From assembly GCA_963754315.1 (NCBI GenBank), contig CAVWFS010000008.1, positions 288,001-352,000 on the forward strand: a DNA stretch of 64,000 nucleotides, in the 5' to 3' direction. Below, in pieces: positions 20,774 to 31,705 of this stretch. Position numbers and translations under genes: made by a program. The stretch's first letter is position 1. The number at the start of each line of letters is the position of its first letter. Origin of the DNA: an uncultured Candidatus Rokubacteria bacterium (GTDB taxonomy: Bacteria > Methylomirabilota > Methylomirabilia > Rokubacteriales > CSP1-6). Under the pieces are notes generated by a model that was not told the origin of the DNA, searched no databases, and saw only the letters and a list, made by a program, of their open reading frames with translations.

Positions 20774-22191
20774 ATGCCGACCAACGTCATCATGCCGGCG
20801 CTGGAGCTGGCGCAGGAGAGCGGCAAGGTCCTTCGCTGGCTGAAGGCCCCCGGCGATCGGGTGCAGAAGGGCGACCCGCTGGTGGAGATCGAAACCGACA
20901 AGATCACCACCGAGATCGAGGCGCCCGAGTCGGGCATCCTGCGCGACGTGACCGCGCAGGAAGGCGCGGTGATCCCGGTCGGCCAGACCATCGCGGTCAT
21001 CGGCGAGGCTGTGGGCGCAGTGGTGGCTGCTGCTGGCGGGCGGGGAACTGCTGCCGCAGCGCCAGCCGGGGCAAGGCCGGCGCCGCGGCAGCGATGGAGG
21101 GCTGTGGCGTCGTCATCTGAAACGGCCGGCACGGCTGGCCGTCCGGATCGGCTGGGGCCGCGACCAAGGCGTCGCCCCTTGCCCGGAAGCTCGCCGAGCA
21201 GCACGGCGTCGACCTCTCCCAGATCAAGGCAACCGGAGGCACGATCCAGAAGGCCGACGTGCTCGCCTACGTCGAAAGCCAGAAGTCAGCTCCCGCCGGC
21301 AACGGGGTAGCGGCGCGTCTGGCACCCGCGTCGCCGAAAGCGCGGCGCCTGGCTGCCCAGCGCGGTTTCGACATCGGTGCGATAGCCGGCTCGGGCCCCG
21401 GCGGCGCCGTGCTGGCGGCGGATGTGGCGGCGGCAGCGCGCCCATCGGCACAAGTCCTCGCCGTGGCGGTTTCGCCGGTCCCAAGCATTGAGGCGCCTGC
21501 TCCCGCTGCCGCCCGAGCAGACACACAAGGCGTCAGCACGGTCTGGCGCATCATGGCCGAGCGCATGACGACGAGCTGGACCACGGCGCCCCACTTCTAT
21601 CTGGTGCGTGAGGTCACGGTGAGCCGCCTGGCCACGTGGCGCGAGCGGGCTAGCAAGCAGGCCAGCGCGCGCATCACCTACACGGATCTCTTGGTCAAGC
21701 TCGTCGCGGCGGCCCTGGCGCGGCACCCTGCCGTGAACACGTCGTGGAAGGACGGCGCCATCGTGCGCCACGCCGAGATCAACATCGGCCTGGCCGTGGC
21801 CATCGACGACGGCCTCATCGTCCCCGTCATTCACCGCGCCGACACGCTGAGCCTTACCGAGATCGCCACTCGCCGCGAGGACGTCGTAACCCGCGGCCAG
21901 TCCGGCAAGCTGCGCCCGGCCGACATCCAGGGCGGCGTGTTCACGATCAGCAACCTCGGGATGTACGGCGTCGACGCCTTCAACGCCATCGTCAACCCGC
22001 CGCAGGCGGCGATCCTGGCCGTCGGCCGCATCGCCGACCGGGTGGTGGCGGTCAACGGCCAACCGGCCGTCCAGCCCACGATGGTGCTGACCTTGTCCTG
22101 CGACCACCGGGCCCTCGACGGCGCCCGGGCCGCCCAGTTCCTCGGTACGCTCGCCGATCTGATCGAGGAGCCCCTAGTACTGCTCGTATGA
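20774..22191 (+). CDS. Dihydrolipoamide acyltransferase E2 (frameshift in linker, about 21050-21170)
   Basis: Lipoyl motif ETDKIT, two E3-binding repeats, ISNLG and DHRALDG. Confidence 0.9.
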
Positions 22192-22245
22192 ACCCGGCTG
22201 CGCTGAGTTGACCGTCAGAGCGCTCTCAAGAACTCGGCTGGAACG

Positions 22246-22512
22246 GTGAAGCCAGTCATCTTCACCCGCCACGCGCGCCAAAGATTGGTTGAGCGCGGGA
22301 CAACTGAGGACGAGGTGATCGGGACTATACGCGACGCGCCGTGGGTTCAAACTGACGGGCGGCGGTTCGCAGCCACCAAGTAGTACCCTTTCGGCCAAGC
22401 ACATGAAGGGTCTTTCTATCCAGGCAAGGACGTTCGTCCCATTTTTGTGGAGGAATCGGAGCGGTTGGTAGTCGTGACGGTCTACGTATACTTCAGTCAG
22501 ACGGGCGGAGCC
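22246..22512 (+). pseudogene. DUF4258-like (RelE-fold) toxin with in-frame TAG
   Basis: GTG 22246: MKPVIFTRHARQRLVERGTTEDEV...ATK-TAG(22381)-YPF...LVVVTVY. Confidence 0.65.
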
Positions 22513-22746
22513 ATGAAGATCACCTACGATGCCGATGCCGATGCGATGTACATCTACCTCGAGGTCAAACCGGGGCAGGCGGTCAAACATACTCAGGAGC
22601 TCGGCGACGGGATCGCCGTGGACTATACCAGTGGCGAAGGCGTCTACGGGATCGAGATCCTGGATGCCAGCGAGCGTCTCGGTTTTGCGAGGGGATGCCC
22701 CGAAGTATCGCTGGAGCAGCTCGTCTTCAAGGGCGCCCGTTCATAG
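22513..22746 (+). CDS. DUF2283 family antitoxin-like protein
   Basis: MKITYDADADAMYIYL...DY...GIEILDAS. Confidence 0.85.
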   Translation: MKITYDADADAMYIYLEVKPGQAVKHTQELGDGIAVDYTSGEGVYGIEILDASERLGFARGCPEVSLEQLVFKGARS

Positions 22747-22812
22747 CGCGCCTCCGCCGTTCAGTAGGGGGCAACGCCTTCATTGTCAGACCACGCGGGC
22801 CAGGCACTGCTC

Positions 22813-23744
22813 TTACGCAGATTCCTCGTCGAAGTAGTCGCCGTCCAGCCTCGGTACCCTGACAGGCCGGAGGGTGACACCGACTTCGTGGTCGATCATA
22901 AGGTCCGCTAGTTGGGCACCGTTGACCAGAACAACGCGTTCCACTGATCGCGCGAACTCTACTGCCTGTGACGTGAAGGCGGAGGTCGTAATGAACACGC
23001 CCTTGCTAGCGCGCTGACCGGCAAGAGCCCCGTAGAATGCCTGCACTTCGGGACGACCAACGGGTTGCTGCCAGCGCTTCGCCTGGACGTAGACCTTCTC
23101 GAGACCGAGCTTGTCTAGCGAGATGATCCCGTCAATGCCGCCGTCGCCTGTCCCACCAACTCGCTGTAGATCTGCCCTGCTGGCCCCGTAACCCATGCGG
23201 TGAAGAAGATCGAGCACAAGAGTCTCGAAGAAAGAGGGAGAGACTCTCCGGACGGCTTCGAGAACTTCGGCCGCGACGGTGCCACGCAATTCGGCAAGGG
23301 CATCCTCAAGCCTGTCATCGGGACTCGCAGTTGAGCGGCGTATGGCTCGGTACGGGAGAGGCGCCGTCCGGCTGGCGGCGTAGGCGGCTGGACTCCTCTG
23401 AGCCTGACGTCCATGTGGCCGGTCGCCAACTCTTCCACATCGTCAACTGAAAGAGGTGAGGCGTGCCCTTTTGCGAAGGCCAGCCCCGCCGCGGTCAAAC
23501 GCCAGAACCCGCGACGGACACTGTCCGAAAGCCCGGCGCGCTTGAGCCGATCATGGGCCCATCCAGCTCGATTCTTGTATACGGGCTGCCGGCCGCTCGG
23601 AAGTAGCTGTTGCTTGTTAGCGTCACTCAAACCGAGCGCTACCGCCGCGGCCTCATGGACGTCTCGGGCAGCCGCACCCTCCGAATGTTCGGCCAGATAC
23701 CGGAGGATTGGCTCGATGAATTTATCGTAGGTTGGTACCGGCAT
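22813..23744 (-). CDS. mrr: Mrr-like type IV restriction endonuclease (frameshift near 23330-23380)
   Basis: Mrr_N 'MPVPTYDKFIEPIL...NRAGWA' plus catalytic 'FETLVLDLL..GY...DGGIDG...VQAKRW...GVFITTS'. Confidence 0.9.
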
Positions 23745-23924
23745 CTTATTCGACCTCGCTGGGAGGCGGGTAGTTGCCGTTGTTTCGCCTAGGCAGAGAG
23801 ACGTATCTTCTTGGGCTACCTCCAGGCCGCACAACGCTCGCGTCGCCAGCCGCAGCGAACGGATGATCCGCGGTGTCTCACTACTTGTCGGCGCGGACGG
23901 GAAGTTATGTGATTCTCGTTTCTC

Positions 23925-24117
23925 CAGCCGAACCTCGGCCACAGATTGTAGCCAATCGTAGATCTCGGACCTCGAACGACCGACTCGACCTCTTTCTGGC
24001 TCACTTCCTGATCCGAGGAGGTCTCCGACTCCTAGAGAATCCATTGATCGGCGCTGCTGAAGTTGTTGATGCTGTCGTAAGATCCTTGCGGATGTATATG
24101 TTCCCGTTCGGGTAGGT
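23925..24117 (-). pseudogene. Degraded small GIY-YIG nuclease-like gene
   Basis: TYPNGNIYIRKDL / DSINNFSSAD / IL*ESETSSDQEVSQKEVE / IGYNLWPRF, with a frameshift and a TAG at 24032-24034; no start visible. Confidence 0.5.
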
Positions 24118-24180
24118 GTGGCGGTGCGTCTATTCACGATCGCCGCGCGATGGCCCGAGGGCCATCCAGGGAGAACATGC

Positions 24181-24657
24181 ATGGCGAAGCTGGCGTTGCG
24201 AGTGAACGGCGCGAACCGAAACGGTCGAGTCGGACGACCCCGACATCCCGCTCCTCTACGTCCTCCGGAACGACCTCGGCCTGACGGGCACCCACTTCGG
24301 CTGCGGCCTCGCCCAGTGCGGCGCCTGCACTGTCCTCGCCGACGGCCGCGCTGTTCGCTCGTGCGTCGTGTCCGCGAAGTCAGTCGCTGGCCAAGAGATC
24401 ATCACTATCGAGGGCCTGGGTTCGCCCGATCGCCCCGATCCGCTCCAGGCGGCGTTCATCGCAGAGCAAGCCGCGCAATGTGGGTACTGCACGGCCGGCA
24501 TGGTCATGACCGCGCGCGCCCTGCTCGCGCCACGCCGCGGCCGAGCGAGCAGCAGGTACGGGAGGCGCTGGCCGGCAACCTGTGCCGCTGCGGCAGCCAC
24601 GTGCGCGTGATCCGCGCGGTGATGCGCGCCGCCGCCGCCACCCCGGAGGGCGCTGAG
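24181..24657 (+). CDS. (2Fe-2S)-binding subunit of a molybdenum hydroxylase (frameshifted)
   Basis: FGCGLAQCGACTV, QCGYCTAG and NLCRCG distributed over frames. Confidence 0.85.
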
Positions 24658-26892
24658 ATGGATACCATGCGCATCTCGCGACGCGAGCTTCCTCGCCGCG
24701 GGCGGGGTGTTGATCGTCGGCCTCGGCGCTGGACGGCCCGGCGGGCTCCGGCTCAAACCGTAGCCGGCGCCGATCGCTTCCTCGGTAAGCCGCTGGCGCC
24801 AGACGTGCTCGACTCGTTCCTGGCCGTGCACGCCGATGGCTCGGTGACCATCTTCGTCGGCAAGGTAGACATCGGCACCGGCGGGCGCATCGCCATGCGC
24901 CAGCTCGTCGGCGAGGAGCTCGACGTGCCCCTCGAGCGCATCGCATGATCGAGGGCGACACCGCGCTCACGCCCAACCAGGGTCCCACCTCGGGCAGTTA
25001 CGGCATCGCGCGCGGGGGCGTGCAGCTTCGCCGGGCGGCGGCCACCGCACGCCATGCGCTGGTCGCCCAGGCGGCCCAACGGCTCGGCAAGCCGGTGGGG
25101 GATCTCGAGGTCGTCGATGGCGTCGTCCGCGCGAAGGACGGCAGCGCCTCGGTCGGCTACGGCGAGCTGATCGGCGACGCGCGTTCAACCTGAAGGTCGA
25201 CGCCAAGGCACCGCTGAAGGCGCCGGAGCGCTACCGGTTCATCGGTAAACCTCTCCGCCGGCCTGACGTGCCAGCGAAGGTGACGGGCCACCACCGCTAT
25301 CTGCAAGACCTGGTTCTGCCCGGCATGCTTCACGCTCGGGTCATCCGACCGCCGGCGCTGGGCGCCTCTCTGGTGTCCGCGGACGAGGCGTCCATCGCCG
25401 GGATCGGCGGCGCACGCACGGTGCGGATTCAGAGCTTCCTGGCCGTGGTGGCCGAGCGCGAGTGGGATGCAATCCGCGCGGCGCGGGCCCTCCAGACGAA
25501 ATGGACGCGCGGGCACCGGGCTGCCGACGATCACGCGAAGGAGTTCGAGGCGATGCGGGCGAGCAAGGTCGTGCGCGACCAGGAGGTCGCCAAGCGAGGC
25601 GATCTCTCGGCGCTGAGCGCGCCGCCGGCAGGCACCCGGATCCTGGCGGCCACCTATCGCTGGCCTATCCAGACCCACGGCTCCATCGCGCCTTCGTGCG
25701 GCGTGGCCAACGTGCGCGCCGACGGGGCCACCATCTGGAGCTCGTCCCAGGCCACGCCACAACCTCCAGAACACCTGCGCGCGAGCGCTCGGGCTCGAGA
25801 AGGATCGGGTGCGGGTGATCTACCTCGACGGCTCGGGCTCGTACGGGCCCAACGGCGACGCCGACGCGGCCATGGAGGCGGCGCTGCTGTCGAAGAGTAT
25901 CGGGCGGCCTGTGCGCGTGCAGTGGACCCGCCAGGAGGAGCACGGCCTCGACCCGAAGGGCCCCGCCCAGCTCCTCGAGCTGCGGGGCGCCGTAGACGCG
26001 GATGGCGAGGTGGCGGCGTGGGAGACGCAGGCGTGGCTGCCTATCGCCACCGCGAACTTGCCTCACATTCCTCTGTTATCGCTGGACGCGGCGGGGATTC
26101 CTCAGACACCGGGCCGCTCGACGGGATTGATCTACCAGAACATCGATCCACCCTACGCGATGCCCAATCTCCACGCGGTGGTGCACTGGCTGCCCGACGC
26201 GCCGCTGCGCACCTCGGCCATCCGCGCGCCAGGGAAGGTGGCCAATACGTTCGCGGTGGAGTCATTCACGGACGAGATTGCGGCGCTGACGCGCGTGGAT
26301 CCGGTGGAATTCCGCCTCAGGCGTCTCACCAATCCCCGGGGGACCGAGGTGCTGCGGCGCGTGGCGTCGCGAATGGGCTGGCAGCCGCGGCCCTCTCCGA
26401 GGCCAATCGACCGACCTCGGCCGTGCTCACGGGGCGTGGCATCGCCTACGTACACTACAAACACGAGGAGACGTTGGTAGCCATGGGCATGGAGGTGGCG
26501 GTGGAGCGCGCCACCGGCCGCGTCCGGGTCACGCGCGTCGTGTGCGCCCAGGATTGCGGGCTCATGATCAACCCGGACTGCGTGCAGGCCCAGCTCGAGG
26601 GCAACATCATCCAGACGCTCTCGCGCACCTTGCACGAGGAGGTGGTGTACGACCGGAACGGCGTCACCACGGTGGACTGGGCCTCGTACCCGATCCTGAC
26701 CTTTCCCGACGTGCCCGCGCTGGAGTTCGAGCTGATCCAGCGGCTGGACCAACCGCCGCTCGGCGCGGGGGAGGCCGCCTCCACGCCCGTGCCAGCGGCC
26801 CTCGCCAACGCCGTGTTCGACGCCACCGGCGTGCGGCTGCGCACGGTGCCGTTCCGGGCGGAGCGGGTGAAGGCGGCCTGGCCGGAAGCTGA
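24658..26892 (+). CDS. Xanthine dehydrogenase family Mo-binding subunit (isoquinoline oxidoreductase beta-like), several frameshifts
   Basis: Tat-like SRRE at the N-terminus; GKVDIGTG, GPTSGS, IRAPG, QDCG..INPD and GAGE motifs. Confidence 0.85.
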
Positions 26893-26994
26893 CGGCGGTT
26901 CCATCCATCGGCGCGCGGCTCGGCTTGCTCGGATGTGTACCTCGCGCGCGGACATCGTCCTCCCCCGGCATGCGATGATGGACGAGAGGGAAAC

Positions 26995-28227
26995 GTGAAG
27001 ACGCTGGCGATTCTGGTTGGTGGAGGCCCGGCTCCCGGGATCAATGCGGTCATCGCGGCGGCGACCATTGAGGCGCGCAATCATGGGCTTCGGGTGCTCG
27101 GCTGCTACGACGGCTTCCGCTGGCTCATGGCCGGTGACACCACCCACGTGGTCGAGCTGGAGATCGCCGACGTGTCCCGCATTCACTTCGAGGGCGGCTC
27201 CATCTTGCGCACGTCCCGCGCCAATCCCGCGCGGAATCCCGACGGGCCCCGCCGGGTGGCGGAGACGCTGCAAGCCCTCGGCGTCGACCACCTCATCGCC
27301 ATCGGCGGCGACGACACCGCTTTCGCGGCCTCCCGGGTGGCCCATGCTCGCTCCGGCCTCACGGTGGCCCATGTGCCCAAGACGATCGACAACGACCTGC
27401 CTCTGCCGAGCGATATCGCCACCTTCGGATTCACCACGGCCTGCGATCTGGGCAAAGACCTCGTGCGAAACCTGATGCAAGATGCCGTGACGACGGAGAA
27501 ATGGTTCTTCGTCACCGTCATGGGCCGGCATGCCGGTCACCTTGCTCTTGGTATCGGCGGTGCCGCCGGCGCCACCCTGACCGTCATCGCGGAGGAGTTT
27601 CCCCAACCTACCGTTGACCTTCAGGACCTCGTCGATCTCCTCGAGGGCGCCATCCTCAAGAGGCGGATGCAGGGGCGCGAGCAAGGGGTGGCGATCCTGT
27701 CCGAAGGCCTGGCGGAGAAGCTCGATGCCGCGACCTTGGGGTCGGCCGAGCGGGACGCCTACGGGAACGTGCGGAGCCTCACCGAGCTCGAGCTTGGTCG
27801 CGTGCTCAAGGAACGGGTGACGGCCAGTCTCCGGGCGCGCAAGATCGACGTCACCATCGTGGCCAAGGACCTGGGCTACGAATTGCGTTGTGCGCCGCCG
27901 GGCGCCCACGACATCCAGTACAGCCGCAGCCTCGGATACTGGGCGACGCGCTTCCTGCTCGATGGCGGCAGCAACGCCATGGTGACCATCCAGGCTGGTC
28001 GCCTGGTGCCGGTGCCGTTCGGTCTGATGATCGATCCTCGGACGGGACGGATTCGTGTCCGCTACGTCGACGTGGAGTCCGAGGCCTACCAGACGCTTGC
28101 CGCCTACATGATTCGCCTCAAACCGGAGGACTTCGAGCAGCCGGAGATGGTGACCGCCCTGGCTCGGGCCGGCAATATGACGGAGGACGAGCTCACCGCT
28201 CGTTTCGGGCGCCTGGCGCGGCGCTGA
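26995..28227 (+). CDS. pfp: Pyrophosphate-dependent phosphofructokinase
   Basis: GGGPAPGIN, GGDDT (Asp signature of PPi use), PKTIDND, MGR and GYELRC motifs. Confidence 0.88.
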   Translation: MKTLAILVGGGPAPGINAVIAAATIEARNHGLRVLGCYDGFRWLMAGDTTHVVELEIADVSRIHFEGGSILRTSRANPARNPDGPRRVAETLQALGVDHLIAIGGDDTAFAASRVAHARSGLTVAHVPKTIDNDLPLPSDIATFGFTTACDLGKDLVRNLMQDAVTTEKWFFVTVMGRHAGHLALGIGGAAGATLTVIAEEFPQPTVDLQDLVDLLEGAILKRRMQGREQGVAILSEGLAEKLDAATLGSAERDAYGNVRSLTELELGRVLKERVTASLRARKIDVTIVAKDLGYELRCAPPGAHDIQYSRSLGYWATRFLLDGGSNAMVTIQAGRLVPVPFGLMIDPRTGRIRVRYVDVESEAYQTLAAYMIRLKPEDFEQPEMVTALARAGNMTEDELTARFGRLARR

Positions 28228-28375
28228 TCGCTCGTCCGGGCGATCTGCCTGGATCGTCTATTGCAACAGCATGAAGATCCGCAGGGCGGCTGGCCTTCGC
28301 CCGGACCCCGCGCTACGCTTTGAGTGTAGCTACATCGTCTCGCCCACAGCCGTCCGCATGGCAAAGGAGGTAGTG

Positions 28376-28738
28376 ATGGCAAACCCGTTCGTGCACGTGG
28401 AGCTCCACACGAGCGACCTGGCGCGCGCCAGGCAGTTCTACACGGCCCTGTTTGGTTGGAAGCTGGAGGACATGTCGATGCCTGAAGGCACCTACACGAT
28501 GATCGACGTCGGAGACGGGACCGGGGGCGGCATGATGCACAGCCACCCGGGAGAGCCGCCGCACTGGATGGCCTACGTCGGCGTCGATGACATCAAAGCG
28601 TCGACCAAGAAGGCCCGGGATCTCGGCGCCAAGGTGGTCGCGGATGTGATGGAGGTCGGGACGCATGGCTGGATGAGCGTGATCACCGATCCCACCGGCG
28701 CCACCATCGCCATGTGGCAATCGAAGAATCCCACGTAA
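28376..28738 (+). CDS. VOC/glyoxalase family protein
   Basis: FVHVEL...FYTALFGW...DPTGA; AAGGAGG RBS. Confidence 0.9.
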   Translation: MANPFVHVELHTSDLARARQFYTALFGWKLEDMSMPEGTYTMIDVGDGTGGGMMHSHPGEPPHWMAYVGVDDIKASTKKARDLGAKVVADVMEVGTHGWMSVITDPTGATIAMWQSKNPT

Positions 28739-28812
28739 CCTGGACGGGTGTCACCACTTCTTCACCCCGGCGACATCGCTCTGTAATCGTCCTCTCCGAT
28801 GATGCGCCTGGT

Positions 28813-28842
28813 CGCCGCAGCCCCGATCCCGGGGCTGCGGCG
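28813..28842. terminator. Perfect 13-bp hairpin
   Basis: CGCCGCAGCCCCG-ATCC-CGGGGCTGCGGCG, downstream of the VOC gene. Confidence 0.5.
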
Positions 28843-28911
28843 GCAATGCCCGAGTTCAATGCACGCTATCACCCGACGCACTGATTGGACTGCCACCTCG
28901 AGGCCGACTGC

Positions 28912-30119
28912 ATGAATGCTAACGAACGGGACGAGAGCTCGCCTACGAGGGGCTCAAAGTTGCCGATCTGTCGCAGGGGGTGGCTGGACCTCATTGCGGC
29001 ATGCTCCTCGCCCTCAATGGCGCCGACGTGGTCAAGGTGGAACCACCCGAGGGCGACTGGGGGCGGGGCATCGGGCGCCGCCACGGAGACTTCAGCGCTT
29101 ACGGCGTGGCCTTCAATCGGGGCAAGCGCAGCCTGTGCGTCGACCTCAAGCGGCCCGAGGGCCGGGACGTCGTGGCAAAGCTCGTGGCCAGAGTTGACGT
29201 GGTCGTCGAGAACAACCGGCCGGGAGTGCTCGCGCGCTTCGGACTCGACTACGAGACCGTGCGGCGCGTGAATCCCGACATCGTCTACGTCTCCGTCACG
29301 GGCTTCGGCCCGGAGGGACCGAATCGCGATCTGCCTGCCACCGATTCGATTCTCCAGGCCTACTCCGGACTCATGTCGGTGAATCGTGATGCGACGGGCA
29401 TGCCGCAGCGCATCGGCGTGCTGGTGATCGACGTCGTGACCGGCCTCTATGCCTACCAGGCAGTGGCGACGGCCCTCTACCGGCGCGCCACGCGCGGGGG
29501 CGGCCGCCACATCGGCGTGAGCCTCATGGACGCGATCGCCGCCGTGCAGGCAGGCAAGATGGTCGAGTACGCTCTCGAAGGGGGCAAGGAGCAGCCGGCG
29601 GGAGTTCCGGTGGCAACGTTCGAGGCCGCCGACGGCTTCATGAACATCAACGCGCGCCGAGACCCACATTTCACGGCGCTGTGTCGCCTCCTCGGGCTCG
29701 ACGAGCTCGCCACCGATCCCCGCTACGCGACGGCCGCGGCGCGGCTCACGCATGAGGCCGAGCTGATGCCGCGTCTGCGAGAGCAGGTCAAGGCCCGGTC
29801 GATGCGCGACCTCGAGGCGGCGTTGAGGGCGGGTGACGTGCTCCATGCCCCCGTCAACGACTATGGCCGCTACTTCGATGATGCGCACGTGACCGCCTCC
29901 GGGGCGCTGGCGTGGGTCGAGCATCCGCAGGTGGGACGGATCCCTCTGCCGCGCATTCCCGGGTTGTCGCAGCCCGCCCCGGCTTCGTCAGCGGCGCGGA
30001 GCCCGGCCATCGGCGAGCACACGCGCGAGGTCCTGGCCGAGCTTGGTATTGCCCCCGAGGAGATCGTCGCTCTGGAGACGGCAGGGGCGGCGCGGTCAGC
30101 CGCGGCGCAGCCGGGTTGA
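28912..30119 (+). CDS. CaiB/BaiF CoA-transferase (N-terminal frameshift; start approximate)
   Basis: LKVADLSQGVAGPHCG..GADVVKVEPP.GD, NRGKRS and ENNRPG motifs. Confidence 0.88.
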
Positions 30120-31235
30120 GGAGAGGTCGATTCGGAAGTCCGTTTCGGGAATCGCTGAGAAGAGCCCGCGGTACTCGGGGGGAATGGGCGCCTCGCCGAC
30201 CGTCGTGAATTGTCCCGCGTCATCGGCGCGTCCGGCCACCAGGAACCGGCAGCCAAGACCGGCGATCTCGTCCAGCGCCTCACGCATCGCCGCCTCGCTG
30301 TTTGCGTAGTACCGCGACCGGACGATGCGTTCGGCAGTGTCAGCGCCGACCACGAACGTCGTTCCGGGAAAGAGGCGAGCCTTCTCCCGAAAGGTAGGGG
30401 CACGCGTCAGCTCCAGCACATGCGGTGGCTCGAACTGTCGCAGCCGTCGCGTCACCTCCGCCTCGCCGAGAGGAGGCTTGTCGACGTTGGTGACCGACAG
30501 CTCGAAGGCGACGGGAGTTCCGAGCCTGCGAGAGGCGACCTGGGCCAGCCCGAGGTGACCCGCGTGTAACGGATTGAACGAGCCAGGTAAAAGGGCGCGT
30601 GGAATGGGCGCACCGCGCACGAGCCCACCGTCGGCGCACGAAGTCAGCCTGTCGATTGCCCCGGCCAGCAGTTGCGCCATCAGGTCGGGCGGCGGACTCT
30701 GACCCTCGGTAAACCGGTCACCAAGGTCGAGGAGGCTGTTCGTGCTCGGCGCGGCGATCCCGCACGCCCGGGCCAGCACGGTGACGATCACCCGCGCCAC
30801 GATGTCTTCCTCTGTCCCCCGGTCGCGCCGATCCTTCTCCAACACGATGGACGTCACATCGAGACCCTGCTCGCTGGCGACGGCGATATGGCAGCGATGA
30901 TCGCCCTTCTTGGGCCGGTCGCTAGCCAGGCTTGCCGTCGCGCCGAGTCCGACGGTGGCGGTCGCCTCCGGGGCGAGAGCCCGGGCGCGTTCCTGAGCGC
31001 GCCGGGCCATGGCCACGGCGGTCTCCTCGCTGCACGCCTGATCAGGAACGCCGGCGAGATACTGGGCGAGGGCAGCGCCGTCGTACGGCACGATTGCCTC
31101 GAGGAGCGTGCGCGAGGCGCCCGGCACGCGCAGCAGTTGGCTGATCGCGCCGCTACCACCGCCGGTGATGGCCAGCACCACGCGCCGGCCAGAGGCGTGC
31201 ACCTGCTCGATGAGACGTCGCCAGACGTCGTCCAT
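30096..31235 (-). CDS. CinA-like N-domain plus HxGH nucleotidylyltransferase domain protein
   Basis: ITGGGS..PGASRT..AMA in the N-half; PGSFNPLHAGH, VGADT and LSSTRLR in the C-half. Confidence 0.75.
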   Translation of the reverse strand: MDDVWRRLIEQVHASGRRVVLAITGGGSGAISQLLRVPGASRTLLEAIVPYDGAALAQYLAGVPDQACSEETAVAMARRAQERARALAPEATATVGLGATASLASDRPKKGDHRCHIAVASEQGLDVTSIVLEKDRRDRGTEEDIVARVIVTVLARACGIAAPSTNSLLDLGDRFTEGQSPPPDLMAQLLAGAIDRLTSCADGGLVRGAPIPRALLPGSFNPLHAGHLGLAQVASRRLGTPVAFELSVTNVDKPPLGEAEVTRRLRQFEPPHVLELTRAPTFREKARLFPGTTFVVGADTAERIVRSRYYANSEAAMREALDEIAGLGCRFLVAGRADDAGQFTTVGEAPIPPEYRGLFSAIPETDFRIDLSSTRLRRG

Positions 31236-31245
31236 CGCGGATGCT

Positions 31246-31695
31246 TCAGTATCGGCCGCCCAGCTTGGTGTGATCCCAGCTCACGACCTTCTCGGGGACG
31301 ATCTTGAGGAGCACTCGCTTCGGAGCGCTCGCCGCCGCCGCCGGCGACGGACCTCGGGCGCCCCGCTCCTGGGCCATGTGGGCAAAGGCGGCCTTCACGG
31401 CCTCGACGTCGTCGATGATCTCGCACCGCCCGCGGATCATTACCCCGCGCAGCTCGGCGTAACCGGAGCCGGTCTCGACCATCAGCGCGACCTTGGGGTT
31501 GCGCCGGATGTTCACCACCTTCTGGGCCTTGCCATACGAGGTCATGTAGAAGGCCCCGTCCTTCACGAAAAAGTTCATGCCCACCACGTGGGGGAATCCA
31601 TTCTGGTCGATGGTGGCCAGGGCGGCCTTGTGGTGCTCACGCAGGAAGGTCGCTTGCTCGTCGGAGCTCAGCTGGATGTTCGAGCGTCGGCTCAT
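31246..31695 (-). CDS. Pyridoxamine 5'-phosphate oxidase-like (split-barrel) protein
   Basis: LATI...PHVV, KAQKVVNIRRNPKV and SWDHTKL motifs. Confidence 0.85.
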   Translation of the reverse strand: MSRRSNIQLSSDEQATFLREHHKAALATIDQNGFPHVVGMNFFVKDGAFYMTSYGKAQKVVNIRRNPKVALMVETGSGYAELRGVMIRGRCEIIDDVEAVKAAFAHMAQERGARGPSPAAAASAPKRVLLKIVPEKVVSWDHTKLGGRY

Positions 31696-31705
31696 GGAGA
31701 ATCCC

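Noticed and set aside
22381..22383. Pyrrolysine or amber recoding of the genome
   Set aside because: TAG is used as a normal stop by many genes here, and no pyl genes are in the window.
24118..24948. Fusion of the 2Fe-2S subunit to the Mo subunit
   Set aside because: The region has several indels, and a TGA at 24655-24657 immediately precedes ATG 24658; the fusion is probably an artefact.
24940..25200. TGA codons inside the Mo-subunit gene as selenocysteine
   Set aside because: They arise from frame changes; the coding signal continues in another frame and they do not sit at Cys positions.
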